DNA of 64,000 bases. Source: the human T2T-CHM13v2.0 reference genome, Homo sapiens. Where the stretch lies: NCBI RefSeq assembly GCF_009914755.1, contig NC_060925.1; one strand, 5' to 3'. A program made the position numbers and the translations under genes. The notes below the pieces were generated by a model, which was given only the letters and a program-made list of their open reading frames with translations, had not been told where the DNA came from and searched no databases. Positions 31,301-42,832 of the stretch are shown piece after piece. The stretch's first letter is position 1. Each line of letters opens with the position of its first letter.

Positions 31301-33295
31301 TCCTTTGTCAGAAAAAAACCTACATTCATCCTAGATTTTCTTAGCCTTTTCCCCCTAAACCCATCTTTCTTCAGATAAACACACAATAAAACTTATATTT
31401 TAAAAAGTCAGTCACTTTTCTGTTCACAATTTCAGTATCGGGTTTCCTTTTCTTTCTCATAGGTTTCAATTCCATTCTATTTCTAATTTCAAAGAGCTAC
31501 ATATTTAAATAGCTACCAGGAGAACTATAAAGAAGAGACATTGACAAAAAAGGCCCAAGATTAATGATTATTTCAAGGTCTCGATAAGACTTGCTGCCCA
31601 ACTTTAAGCCTTCCTTTAGCTGCTCCCTAAAGGATTTCAAACAGTCCTAACGAAGTTATGCACTGGCCATTCTCAAGCAGTGATAAATATGCCGTAAATT
31701 CATCTCTTGCCTGTGGGACTTTGGATCTTAATAGCTTATGAGCTCAAGTACTTCCAGTTTCTGTTGGGTAAATGTTTGAGGGCCTTAAGAGAGATTATGT
31801 GGAATTGAACTGAATGCCTGGCAACTCTTCCATGCTTGTCAGTCTCTCCCAGCTTACTTGGCTTGTCAAAGACACCACAATAAACTGTCCTGCTTTCAAA
31901 TATTTATTTCTCAGTATGCTGGTACTTAGAGAGTCCTTAAGAGAAAGATACAAACTGGGCACCAGAACTAGGAATTACTGAAGAGCCCAAGTCTTAGGGT
32001 ATCCTGGGGGATTTGATATCCAATTCTCTTCCAACCTTCAGAAAGGCCCATCTTGGGCTCACCTTCTAAAAGGAAAGCAAGGTTGGGTCAGTTGATGGAC
32101 TAAGTTCTGGAGAGAGAAAGAGGGGGCTACAGAAATTACTTCAGTAAAGCTCTTCCTTCTGATCTCCTCAAGGAGAAGGTGCTCAGCTTTTTGTGGGTAA
32201 CACACAGGGGTAGCCAGGTACTGCAAAGCAGGCAAAACTGGCTTACACTACAGGTGTAGTGTTCCCAGTTTCTGCTGTATTCCATGTTCCTAGCATGTGA
32301 GAGACATTCTTTGAGTATTTGCTGAAGAAATCAGTAAATGAATGAGTCATGGTTCCCACAACATTCAAACTGAAGAGACCTCAGAGGTAGGTCCTTCAGC
32401 AGTTAGGACAGAGAGACCCTGGAGTGTGAGTGATTTGTCTCATGACGCTGCATCCTTAAACATGATTGGTTCTGAGGCCCTCCCCATAATGCGATCATGA
32501 GGCATGAGTCCTCTTCAACCACGGAGCAGTCCAGGACCTTATGCTGATGCAAAGACTTCATTCCTGTGGGAAAAACCAAGATTGTCGAAGTACTAGTTGT
32601 ATGATTGTTGATGAGTCACTTTTATAATGAGTTCCCCAGACATCAGAGTGTTTGGATTGTGCTATTGCTGCCTTGCAGACAGTCACTGTGGTTTTGGGGA
32701 GAGGGACCCCAGAGTCCTAGGGCACAGGAGAATGGTCCTCTTGGGCAGCCAGCAATTCAGACTTAAAGGGACAGGGCAATGGGGAGGTGCAGGAGAGCCT
32801 GGTGCTGCTTTTTGTATGTTTGTTACTCCCAGATCTGACTGATCAGGGAGATAAATTAACTGAAAGGTCCTGGTAGGTTCTGTTTTATTTCTAGTCCTCC
32901 AGTTTGGAAGATTCTCTGTGTGCTGTGTCTGCCACAGTACAATGGGAGTCCTGGAAATTCTAGTTTCAAGCCTCACTCTCCTGAATCCTGAATAAGCCTC
33001 CGTCCTGCCCAGTGATATGTAAGTCACATTTCAGGACTTGATGCAGGGATTCTTGTTCTGTAACTAAATGTGACCTCGTGGCCCTCATCTCATAACCTCA
33101 TGACCCTCATCTCTCTCTTTTATCTCCTGAGATAATTATCAAGTGGAAAAAATGAATATACAGCTGTGTCACAAAACTTAGGAATCAAAAGCATAAATAG
33201 TGAAAAAAATCACCGAGAAAGGATAATCTGGGTACCAGCCTTAAGGAAGGCAAAGCTTCCAAAGCCTAAATGCCTTATCCAGCATATTCTCATTG

Positions 33296-33358
33296 AAATG
33301 CTGTCCAGTCTCCGCAGCCCTCAACAAACCATCTCCATCCCAGATTGTGACACTCAGC
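33296..33358 (+). pseudogene. 63-bp OR coding fragment homologous to OR10J4 TM2-ECL1
   Basis: 56/63 nt identical to 35481-35543 by manual alignment. It translates MLSSLRSPQQTISIPDCDTQ versus MLSGLLSPQQTISIPGCAAQ. Confidence 0.85.
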
Positions 33359-33369
33359 ATTTCTTCATA

Positions 33370-33510
33370 GCAGTCTCTGAGATAGATATTAGCACAGTCT
33401 TCATCTTACAAGTGAAGAAATTGAGGCCTAGAGAGGTGATAACTGTTTCCAAGGTCATATATGAGTAAGTGGGGCTTGGGTTTGATCACAGAGGTATTTA
33501 ACTCCAGACT
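33370..33510 (-). mobile_element. MIR fragment
   Basis: catcttacaagtgaagaaattgaggcctagagaggtg...ccaaggtcat. Confidence 0.65.
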
Positions 33511-33663
33511 ACCCTGCCCCCAATTCCCACACATTTCAAAATCTAGAGTTGGAAGAGAAGTGAGTATGGAAAGTAAAGACCGGACCTTTCAACAGGGATT
33601 GAAGAAATTAATGACAACAACCATCCATGAACATGAAAAAAAGAAAGAAAGCAAAAAAATTAT

Positions 33664-33664
<1 letters not shown>

Positions 33665-33707
<43 letters not shown>

Positions 33708-33720
33708 CGCGCGCACATGT
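33665..33720. repeat. (GT)18 microsatellite followed by a GC/AC alternating tract
   Basis: Read directly from the sequence: 56 bp of purine-pyrimidine alternation. Confidence 0.97.
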
Positions 33721-34659
33721 TTGGGTGGCCAAGCATACAAATGGAACCCAGAGTTATGGGGGGTGGGGATGGGAAGGAGACAGAAGAAGGGAGGAAAGCA
33801 GAAATTTAATTTAGTATTTGCCTGCTATGTATCAGGAACTGCACTTGGCAATTTACATACAGTAATTCATATGGTCTCCATAGTGACACTATGAAGTAGA
33901 CATTATTATTCTATTTTGTAGATGAGCACATGGAGACAAATGAAACGAGCAAAGAAAATCAGGCATCCCTCCATTTACACTGGGGTTAAAGCCAGAGATT
34001 ATTATGAACTTAAATATTTTGTTGTTTCTATTGCTGTTGTCTTATAGTTACTAGTGTTTTAAATCTATAAAAAACCTTCCAAGCCTACATTGTGTTTAGA
34101 GACTAAAAAATAGAAGCAGAAGCTACCCTCCACACGGAACGGGGAGACTCGGGTATTAAACGCGTAATATTTGGGGATATTGGAAGAAAGCAGGACTGAA
34201 AAGAGAAGTGGCTACGCACCACAGAATGTTCTAGGTCAGCACACTGGACTATCCACACGGGAGAAAAGGAGTGTCTCCTCTCACTTCCTTATTCCAGACA
34301 CTGGCCACTGTGAATTTGAACCTTGAGAGAAGGCAGTGCTTTCTACCTTGACTTACCAAATGGAAGCCCTTCTGAACAGAGATGGAGCAAGTTTTGAGGA
34401 GAGGGACTCCAGAGTCCTGGGACACAGGAGAATGGTCCTCTCTTGACTTCCCAGGAGTGCGCCTCACACAGCCATCTGTCCTTGGCTTGAACTCATTCAC
34501 TCTTTAGGTATGTCCCTTTGCACTGGCCTTTGACGAGCAATGTGCCATTGGTGATTTAAACCAGGTGAGTCTGAGTAGAGTTTCAGGCCTGGGCACAGGT
34601 ATTCAGTACTTTCTCTGGTCTACATCTACTTCTAGTCAAACCAGTTAGGGGTCTCCAAT

Positions 34660-34990
34660 ACATACAGTCGCTGACTTTATAATAGTGCGAGAGTGATATG
34701 CATACAGAAGAATTTATACTTCAAGTACCTATACAACCGTTTGGTTTTTCACTTTCAGTACAATATTCAAAAATTACCTATGATATTCAACACTTCATCA
34801 TAAAATAGACTTTGTTTTAGGTGATTTGCCCAGTTGTAGGCTAATGCAAGTGTTCTGAATACATTTAAGGTAGGCTAGGATAAGCTATGATGTTCAGTCA
34901 GGTGTATTAAATGCATTTTTAACACGATATTTTCAACATATGATGGGTTTATCAGGATGTAGCCTCATCATACATTGAAGGGCATCTGTA
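34660..34990 (-). mobile_element. MER47A (TcMar-Tigger) DNA transposon
   Basis: aaggtaggctaggataagctatgatgttc...gtgtattaaatgcattt...gatgggtttatcaggatgta...gcatctgta matches the MER47A reverse complement as remembered and ends in TA. Confidence 0.8.
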
Positions 34991-35239
34991 CTCCCTTTAC
35001 ACATTTACTTCCTGTCAACAGACACATACTACATCTGTCCCCCAGTCTCAGGGCCCAGAGAACCTTGATGGGTCCTTCAGTACTTGCCTGTGTCTGAATG
35101 TTGAGAGCATCTGAAACCCAGAGCTACATGCCATTTCAGTGCCTGCACATGGCTGATGACGATCCTGGACCAGCCTACTGTTTCCAGCCTGGATGCTCAA
35201 CATTCCCACTTCATCTCTTTCAGACTCAGATTCTCCTCA

Positions 35240-36175
35240 ATGCCAAGGCCCAATTTCATGGCTGTGACAGAGTTTACATTTGAGGGTTTCTCCATTTTTG
35301 AGTGGCATCACAGACTCATCCTCTTTGTGATCTTTTTGGTCTTGTACGTTTTGACCCTTGCCAGCAATGCTATCATCTTGATAGTTATCCGCCTTAACCA
35401 TCAACTTCACACGCCCATGTATTTCTTCCTGAGTGTGCTGTCTATTTCTGAGACCTATTATACCGTGGCCATCAACCCCCAAATGCTGTCCGGTCTCCTC
35501 AGTCCTCAACAAACCATCTCCATCCCAGGCTGTGCCGCTCAGCTCTTTTTCTATCTCACTTTTGGTGTCAATAAATGCTTCCTGCTCACAGCCATGGGGT
35601 ATGACCACTATGTGGCCATCTGCAACCCTCTACAGTATTCAGTCATCATGGGCAAAAAGGCTTGTATACAACTGGTCAGTGGATCCTGGAACATTGGCCT
35701 GAGCACAGCTATCATTCAGGTGTCTTCTGTATTCAGCCTTCCCTTCTGTGATGCTAATCTCATCTCCCACTTCTTTTGTGATATCCGGCCCATAATGAAG
35801 CTTGCCTGTGCAGACACTACTATCAAGGAGTTTATTACTTTGCTCATCAGTCTCTGTGTCCTTGTTCTGCCCATGGTATTGATCTTCATCTCCTATGTCC
35901 TAATTGTCACCACCATCCTCAAGATTGCATCAGCTGAGGGCCGGAGAAAGGCCTTTGCTACTTGTGCCTCACACCTCACAGTGGTCATTGTCCACTATGG
36001 CCGTACTTCTTTCATCTACCTAAAACCCAAATCCCAAAATTCCCTGCAGGACAGACTTATCTCTGTGACATACACTGTTATTACTCCTCTGCTGAACCCT
36101 GTTGTATACAGCCTGAGGAACAAAGAGGTCAAGGATGCCTTGCTCAGAGCTTTGGGCAGAAAGCCTCTCTCTTAG
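35240..36175 (+). CDS. OR10J4: Olfactory receptor 10J4, 311 aa, open-frame allele
   Basis: Single-exon 7TM ORF MPRPNFMAVTEF... with [24 protein letters not shown] and PLLNPVVYSLRN. The real ATG is at 35240; the ORF track's extension to 35156 crosses a splice acceptor. Confidence 0.92.
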   Translation: MPRPNFMAVTEFTFEGFSIFEWHHRLILFVIFLVLYVLTLASNAIILIVIRLNHQLHTPMYFFLSVLSISETYYTVAINPQMLSGLLSPQQTISIPGCAAQLFFYLTFGVNKCFLLTAMGYDHYVAICNPLQYSVIMGKKACIQLVSGSWNIGLSTAIIQVSSVFSLPFCDANLISHFFCDIRPIMKLACADTTIKEFITLLISLCVLVLPMVLIFISYVLIVTTILKIASAEGRRKAFATCASHLTVVIVHYGRTSFIYLKPKSQNSLQDRLISVTYTVITPLLNPVVYSLRNKEVKDALLRALGRKPLS

Positions 36176-36574
36176 GTGCTGGTCAGTTCAATAACAATCA
36201 AAGAAAAAGAGTTTGATGAGGTGTCACAGTGAGAGGGACAATAAGATGAGAGATACTGTGAAAGCACCAGGTGGCTGATCTAGGCAGCATCTAGGAATCT
36301 ATTCCCCTCATAGATTGAAAAAAGAAAGAAAAATATTAATGAAAAAAAGAAATAGATGGATTTGCCAAGTCAGATATATGGGTTTACCAAGCTTGATGAA
36401 AATCAAATAAGATAAAGCATATCCATGCACTGCACTATAATGTTAGACATTATTCCTGTTACTCTTGTCATAAGGTATTGTAAACCAGCAGGGAGAATAG
36501 GAAGAATATATACTATCATATCATAGGAGTTTATGTAAGGTGAACTTGACTTCATGAATGACACAAAGGGTACA

Positions 36575-36807
36575 AAAGGCCACCACCACCCCTTGTCTGA
36601 AGATGGGACCAACTCTAGGGCACAATTCTAGATCCCTCCATTAGATCAGGCTGAAGTTATGCTCCAGCTAAGACTGTGTTCTTGCATAGTGATTCCCCTG
36701 CCCCATCCTGCTTCTCTCATTCCCTTTCCTCTGAGGGCACTCCTTAGTCAATCACTGTACCCAAAACCTTATTTTAGGCTCTGCTTCTGCGGAACCTGAC
36801 CTAAGCA
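36575..36807 (+). mobile_element. LTR16A-like ERVL LTR, 3' part
   Basis: gatcaggctgaag...cccctgccccatcctgcttctctcattccc...aggctctgcttctgcggaacctgacctaagca. Confidence 0.7.
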
Positions 36808-37074
36808 AGGTGGTACCTATGTCTATGGGGCAATTATTCAGACTTCACTGCGAGTGCTCTTTTTGCATCTGTTGCATGTAGAACAGTGTCTGGTGCATAG
36901 TAGATGTTAGATATTTATTAAAAGGAAGAAAGAAGTAAGGAAGGAAAGAAAAAGCAAAGAAGACTGCTGTGAGAAGCTAAAATACATTAGAAGGTAGCTC
37001 TTCTCTCATTTTCCTTCTATTATTTTAACACTTTCAGGCTGTTTGTCCCTCTTTGTGACATCTCCTTTTGGTAC

Positions 37075-37270
37075 ATTTATTGAATGTATCCTAGATAGTA
37101 GTCATTATTTTAAGTATGTTATTAATTTAATCTTCACTATAAATCTATGAGATAGATATTTTATTATTCTTTTTTATGGATGAGGAAACTGAGACCTCAA
37201 ATAAGTTAATTCCTCAAGGCAGAATCAGGATTTAAACACGTGCAACCCAGCCCTGAAGTCTGTAGTTGCA
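37075..37270 (-). mobile_element. MIR
   Basis: tttaatcttcactataaatctatgagatag...gatgaggaaactgagac. Confidence 0.7.
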
Positions 37271-37629
37271 TTGTAAGCTCATGATATTCATTTTAACCAG
37301 CTTTCTCCTCCATAATAACTAACTTATACTGTTCCATACTCCTAGGAAAAGGAGAAGGCTCCACCCCATCCCAAATTGTGGATTTACACATATCTCAGAT
37401 CCTATTCATGATATCTTGGACTTTGGAATCAGTCTGGAAGTTTAGGAATAGTGTATTATAATACACTCCTTTTCATAAAATACTTTGGTGCATCCCTTTT
37501 TCACTCAGCACAACCCCAAAGAGGAAAATAGGAAAGGAAGTCTAAAGTGGGCCAACAACTACTGAAGAACAGTTATTGTTTACCCTGAACCCCAACTCTA
37601 AGAACCAATGACCTTGAGTAGGAGATGCT

Positions 37630-37860
37630 AAAACAGTATGATATTGTAGATAGAGTACAGGCTTTGAACAGAGAGGCATGCATTCCCAATCATAGATCTG
37701 CCATTACAAGCATGTGTCCTGTTATGATACTTAACCTCCCTGGTTTTTGTTTCCTATCTGCATGGTGAGTCGGACAATATCAACTCCCAGGGTTGCTGTG
37801 AGAAGTCAACAATGTTATGGACATACCATTCCCTGGCACATGGAAAGCTCTCAGTGCCTT
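37630..37860 (+). mobile_element. Degenerate MIR
   Basis: agagtacaggctttg...acttaacctccctggtttttgtttcctatctg...cagggttgctgtgag. Confidence 0.6.
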
Positions 37861-39829
37861 CTCCACCACCACCCTACACAGACATTGCTCCCTGGGTCAC
37901 TCTGAGGTCAACATCAAGTCACTCTTGATATGGACACAGAGCCCTAGCTTTAACAATAGGATTCTCATTTGTTCTTTGTCAATAGAATTCCCTTTTACCT
38001 AGGAGGTCTTGACTTTGTAACTGGGCTTCTCTTATAGTCCCTGATCCTATGTTCCAGTAAAAGGAAACTAACTATTCTCCGAGGGTCTTCCAAGTATTAC
38101 TTCCTGGATATACCCAGGACATTATTTCAGGCTCTGCTTATGTGGAACTAGACCTAAGCAAAGTGGTGTCTATGTCTATGGGGCAATCACTCAGATTTCA
38201 CTCCGAGTGTTCTTTTTGTGGTTAATAAACCACTAAGAGCACCTGTCTGCATTTCTCCTCCAGATTCCCTTTATTTATGCCCTCCTTACTGACCTGCCAA
38301 ATACATCTCACAACATCATTCTCTCTTCTCTCCTAGTTGCCTCAGAGTCACTGCAAGAAGTCTCAGGGTTCCTGTGTGCATCAATTCTCACATGCAGTCT
38401 GAATAAATACTGACAAAAGCATCTACAAGTATTTTTTAAAGTACCATAATTCATTTGAAAGCACCAATTACTAATTCATAGTTCTCCTTTTCAGAACTTA
38501 TTTTTCCTATCAATAGGTACAAATAGTACAACTATTATTATCCAAATATTATCAATTTGGAGATTCAAGAAATATTTGAATGTAAAAAGGGGTTTTCATA
38601 CACAGACAGTTTGGACACGCCAGCTCTAGGTGACAGAAATAGTGTGGAAGATGGTGTGAGAGTAGATCTAACTTTAGGAACCTCAGTTAAATCTGTTTTG
38701 AGCCCTATCCGGGGCCCTGAAAGACTCCCATTGACAATTCCAAAGCCTTCTTAAGAGGTCTAGACCCAGGATCCTAAACTAAATTGAATGCCATAAACAA
38801 ACTATAATAAGAACTACTGAAATCTGTTCCCCAAATAAAGCAGTCTGCAGAACTAGAAGATTTTGCATTAGGTTCTTTTGGCTGTTTTGCCAGCTTTGTT
38901 TCTATAGTCACTCCACATGTGTTCATTTTCTTCTAGCATAAAATCCCAATATATTTGCTATTGGTGGCAGATTGGACTTTCTGTACATCCCTAATCTGTA
39001 AAATTAGATACTGCTACTGACTTCGGAGGGTTATTTGGAGGCCTATGTGAGACAAAAATCTGTGAAAGTGTTTGATAAATATTAATTGCTACTGAAGTGG
39101 TATACCTGTCCTTTTTGCCAGATACCACATTTTTATATCATCAACCCAGTTCTCCATTTCTACAGTCTTCCTAATTTGTCCCAAAGCAATAGTATCATAA
39201 AGTCTTGAGCTCTTTAGCCCAATTCCACTCCTTTCCTGTTGAGATCTCGTAGCCACCAATGATATCTGATCATGAACCATTAATATGGAGATCATTTTCT
39301 TTGCTTCATCTGTTACAAGAAGAAGCTATGTATATTTGTAAATAATCAGAGAGTTGGCATGAATGAACCTGATGAGAGCAGTTTATGAAATTATTGGTTC
39401 TTTCCTCTCCTTTGAGCCACACATTGATTCAGTTACAAGCCCTATTGATTTCCCTCAAATGTCTCTCACATGTATCCCTCCCCTCTGGGCCAATTGCCAC
39501 CCCTCTAGATCAATCCCAATTATCTCTGTTACATCAGCAGCCTAGCTGGTTTTTCTTCCTCTTTTTGCCAACTTCAAATCCATCTTCACACCACTCACAG
39601 GTCAATGTACCAAATCCCAGTGCAGGGTATGGTGTTTTCTTTTTTTCAACAAGGAAGGAAAATCACCAGAAAGACCGGAAAAGGGAAAAAAATGGTTAGC
39701 GGTTTTAAAAAAAAAAAAAAGTATCACTTCCTTAAGACGCCACTTGCTAAGGAACTTTAGAGTCTAAGAACAGGAGAGATAAGCAAGAATCACTTGAGAG
39801 GCTCTTAAAAGTGATACATTCAAATACTC

Positions 39830-40070
39830 TTTTGTAATCTGTTCTCACTTTACCTATACAATGTAATTTTTCATAATCAACCTGAGTCTAATCAAGGACT
39901 GTCTCCTCCCTGTCTCACTTACAGTTACATTTCAGTTATTATGATTGTCTATCACCTGCAACTAAACCCTGAGCTCCTGGAGGGTTGGTGCAGCACCTCA
40001 TCCATTTCTGTATTTCCAGCAACTAGCACAGGGCCTGACATATGCTAAGTGCTTAAAGAATGAATGGATG
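39830..40070 (+). mobile_element. L2 3' end
   Basis: ctaaaccctgagctcctggaggg...ctagcacagggcctgacatatgctaagtgcttaaagaatgaatggatg. Confidence 0.65.
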
Positions 40071-40639
40071 CAGATAAATAAATATCACATGAAAGACTAA
40101 GAAATTTTTAAAGAAGTAGTAAACAACTCATGGAAAGTATTCAGTGAGAAGTAAGTTTAGAGTTGGGTCTTGACAGACAGTTAGAAGCTTACCAAATAAA
40201 GGGAAGAAAAATCCGGGTAAAGAGAACAGTGTTCAAAAGCTAATTTGTTTCCTAGCCTCCAGGAGAGAATCTTTGGATCTAAAGATGGTGTGCTTCCAAT
40301 CCTGAATGCCACAGGGCAAGGACAGGCAGCATGAACTGCCCTCTGCAGAATGACGACCATATTTAAATACTTCTTTTCCAAAAAGAAAACCAGATTCTTA
40401 TACTAGATAGAGTTCCTGCCTATAAGCAAAAGGCCCTAAACTTCCTGAAATCCAAGGTGGTATGGCTCTAAGCTTGAGCTGCCTAGATTTTTCAATATGG
40501 ATTTCTAAGATACATCTGTAAAAAAATAAAAAATAAAAAATAAACCACATGCACATATACACACTCACAATGTACTTATTCAAACAATTAAAAATCAACT
40601 AAATAAACCAGCTTCCTCAAATGTTATTTCAACTTGAAG

Positions 40640-41091
40640 CAAAAACTTTCCCCAGGCTCCCCAAGCGCTAGCCTGGAATTGAGTAAATGAGCCCTATACA
40701 TAATGAGACCTCCAGGTACCTGATACCTGCCTGCATCCTCCCAGCCCCAGGGGGGTGGCTGTCAGAATGTCTTCAGGGAGTGACCCCCAGAAGCCCAGCT
40801 GCCTGATCCTGGGAGAGCATCTCCTCTGGCTTCAAAGACTTTTCCACACAGAGGGGTTATCAAGAATGCCTATGACTCTCAAACCTGACTATATTCCTAC
40901 TAGTGTGTGTTTATGCCCTGCCTGCTCAGCCTCAGGTCCTGCCGTAGGCACTCTTGGTCACCTTGCTCACCTTGGTCACCCTATGCCTATCCATTGTGGC
41001 CAAGGGAGCCTGACATTTCAATCTTTACTCCTCGGCCTCCTCCAGCCCAGCTTTCCCGTTGTGCCTCAGTGCTAAGCAGAGTCATGTGAGT
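40640..41091 (+). promoter_or_regulatory. Candidate OR10J1 promoter and non-coding first exon
   Basis: Non-repeat, GC-richer island ~2 kb upstream of the CDS. It has a homeodomain site TAATGA (40701-40706), an O/E (EBF)-like CCCCAGGGGG (40745-40754), further CCCAGG sites and a candidate donor CAT|GTGAGT (41085/41086). Confidence 0.5.
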
Positions 41092-42832
41092 GGTCTTTAG
41101 AAGAAGGACTGAAATGGGGCTCATTACATATGAGCTGACTTTAATTTATTGTAGTATTTCAGGTCCTATCACAGCTGGACAGGTCTTCATAAGCTATATT
41201 TGCTCTTCCTTCCATTTCCTTTGAAGAATTATAGACTTCCAAGAGTGGGGAGGATGCTAACCAAATCATAATAGCCATTCTTCTACCTCAAGACAGACAA
41301 GTTTCAGCCAGATAAGATGATATTTTAGCCGTGTGTTTCTCAATGGGAACTTTATTGGTATTTGGAAGAAGGGAATTCTTCCTTGGGCAGAATCACCACA
41401 AGTTTTGCAGGACATTTCACATCGTGAATGGCCAAGAGCTTCTGTGCTCATTATTGTAACAGTTAAAAGCTCTGCCAAGCATTTCTGATTTCACCATAGA
41501 GGCACCATACCACTCCGTGGCTGGACTACTACATAGTTTTTGCTCAGAAGCCTCACAGAAGACAAATGTCTTTAGACATATATTTTAGTATCAAATGATT
41601 TTCTTTATTGGAAAATATTCTCTATTGCAGCTTTACTTTCTTTTTAGCATTCTTAGTGTAAATGATTAACAGCTGGTCATCAACTTCTTTTAAATAGATT
41701 TTTATGAACTTGAAGAAAGTCTCCGTGCGTACTAACCTTCATCATTGATGTGATTTACTTTATGCAAAACTTCTCTTTCTGAATATGCATAAGCAAATCA
41801 GAATATAATTTAAATACCCTAGAGAAGCTTACTGTTTAAAGAGATAAAAATGTGAAATATTACATAAATTGAACTGATCCCCTTCCTTCAACAAAATGAT
41901 GTATCTTTGGTGTAGCTGTTTTTTTATATTCAGGGTTTGCTTTTGCTTTAGGTGAGGGACACTTAAATTTGCTGTATCTTTCCTGATACAATTGTTTATC
42001 TCTGCAGAGTGGGTGTAGGCTTACTCACAAAGTTGTATTGGCTATAAATTTGCTTTCTAGTTTAGGGAAGGTAAAGATGTAGCATAGTTTATAACATACG
42101 TGAATCAGTGCTCTGAACTGTCAGCAGACTTCCATCACTCAGACAGAAGTGGGGAGAGGCTGGTGGTTGGCTAAGATTTTCCTTTTTCTTCTTGAAGACA
42201 AGATGAACCTTTCTACTTTGCTTCTAATTCTTAAAGGATGCGCAAGGAGGATGATTCATAGTCTTGAAAGAAAAGACATCACTAGTCCATCCCTAAACAA
42301 ATTATTTTCAAGCACCCAATCCATGCATAATTTGGAGCTAGTGAAATATGAAAAGATGTAAAAGGTATTATAAAGTTGCTAAGTGTTTGTATGAGGTGAG
42401 GCAGCAATAATGGGGTAAAAATAATCCAAATAAACATGAGAACCTCCGAGTGTAATACGGTTTTATGAAGGCCTGAAAATGTGCACTCATCTCTGAAGAG
42501 TAGGAAAGAAATAAGAGGAGAAAAGAGAAGCCATTCCAGATGTCAGGGAGGAAGAGTAGATATGAAGTAGGAGCATGTATGGTTATACAGTGAAAAAGTG
42601 AGACTATATGATTCTATGATGCATGGAAAATTATAACAGATGGTCACAGAGTAAAAATATTTTAAGTAAAGATAAGTAAACCCAGGGATTAACTTAATCC
42701 ACTAGGAAATACATCACCAGATTTGTAACTGAGAACTATTGAACTTCAATCAATTTCAGAAATGTGCTTCTACTGCTTTACTGAGACTATGTGACTTTTA
42801 TGCTTTTATGTTTCAGATTTGGGAACCAATCC

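Noticed and set aside
32245-32262. 8-bp inverted repeat acactaca-gg-tgtagtgt
   Set aside because: Too short to distinguish from chance in 64 kb.
33166-33468. 100-aa ORF containing OR-like residues
   Set aside because: It has a non-ATG start and is a chimera of unique DNA, a 63-bp OR fragment and MIR. Only the fragment is meaningful.
35156-35239. 28-aa N-terminal extension of OR10J4 in the ORF track
   Set aside because: It crosses the conserved splice acceptor at 35223 and has no OR homology.
40953-40979. Three tandem 9-mers cttg(g/c)tcac
   Set aside because: Probably simple slippage, and not a convincing match to a factor-binding site.
42791-42832. N-terminal extension of OR10J1 (GTG 42791 / ATG 42800)
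   Set aside because: Both codons lie upstream of the predicted acceptor at 42816, in probable intron.
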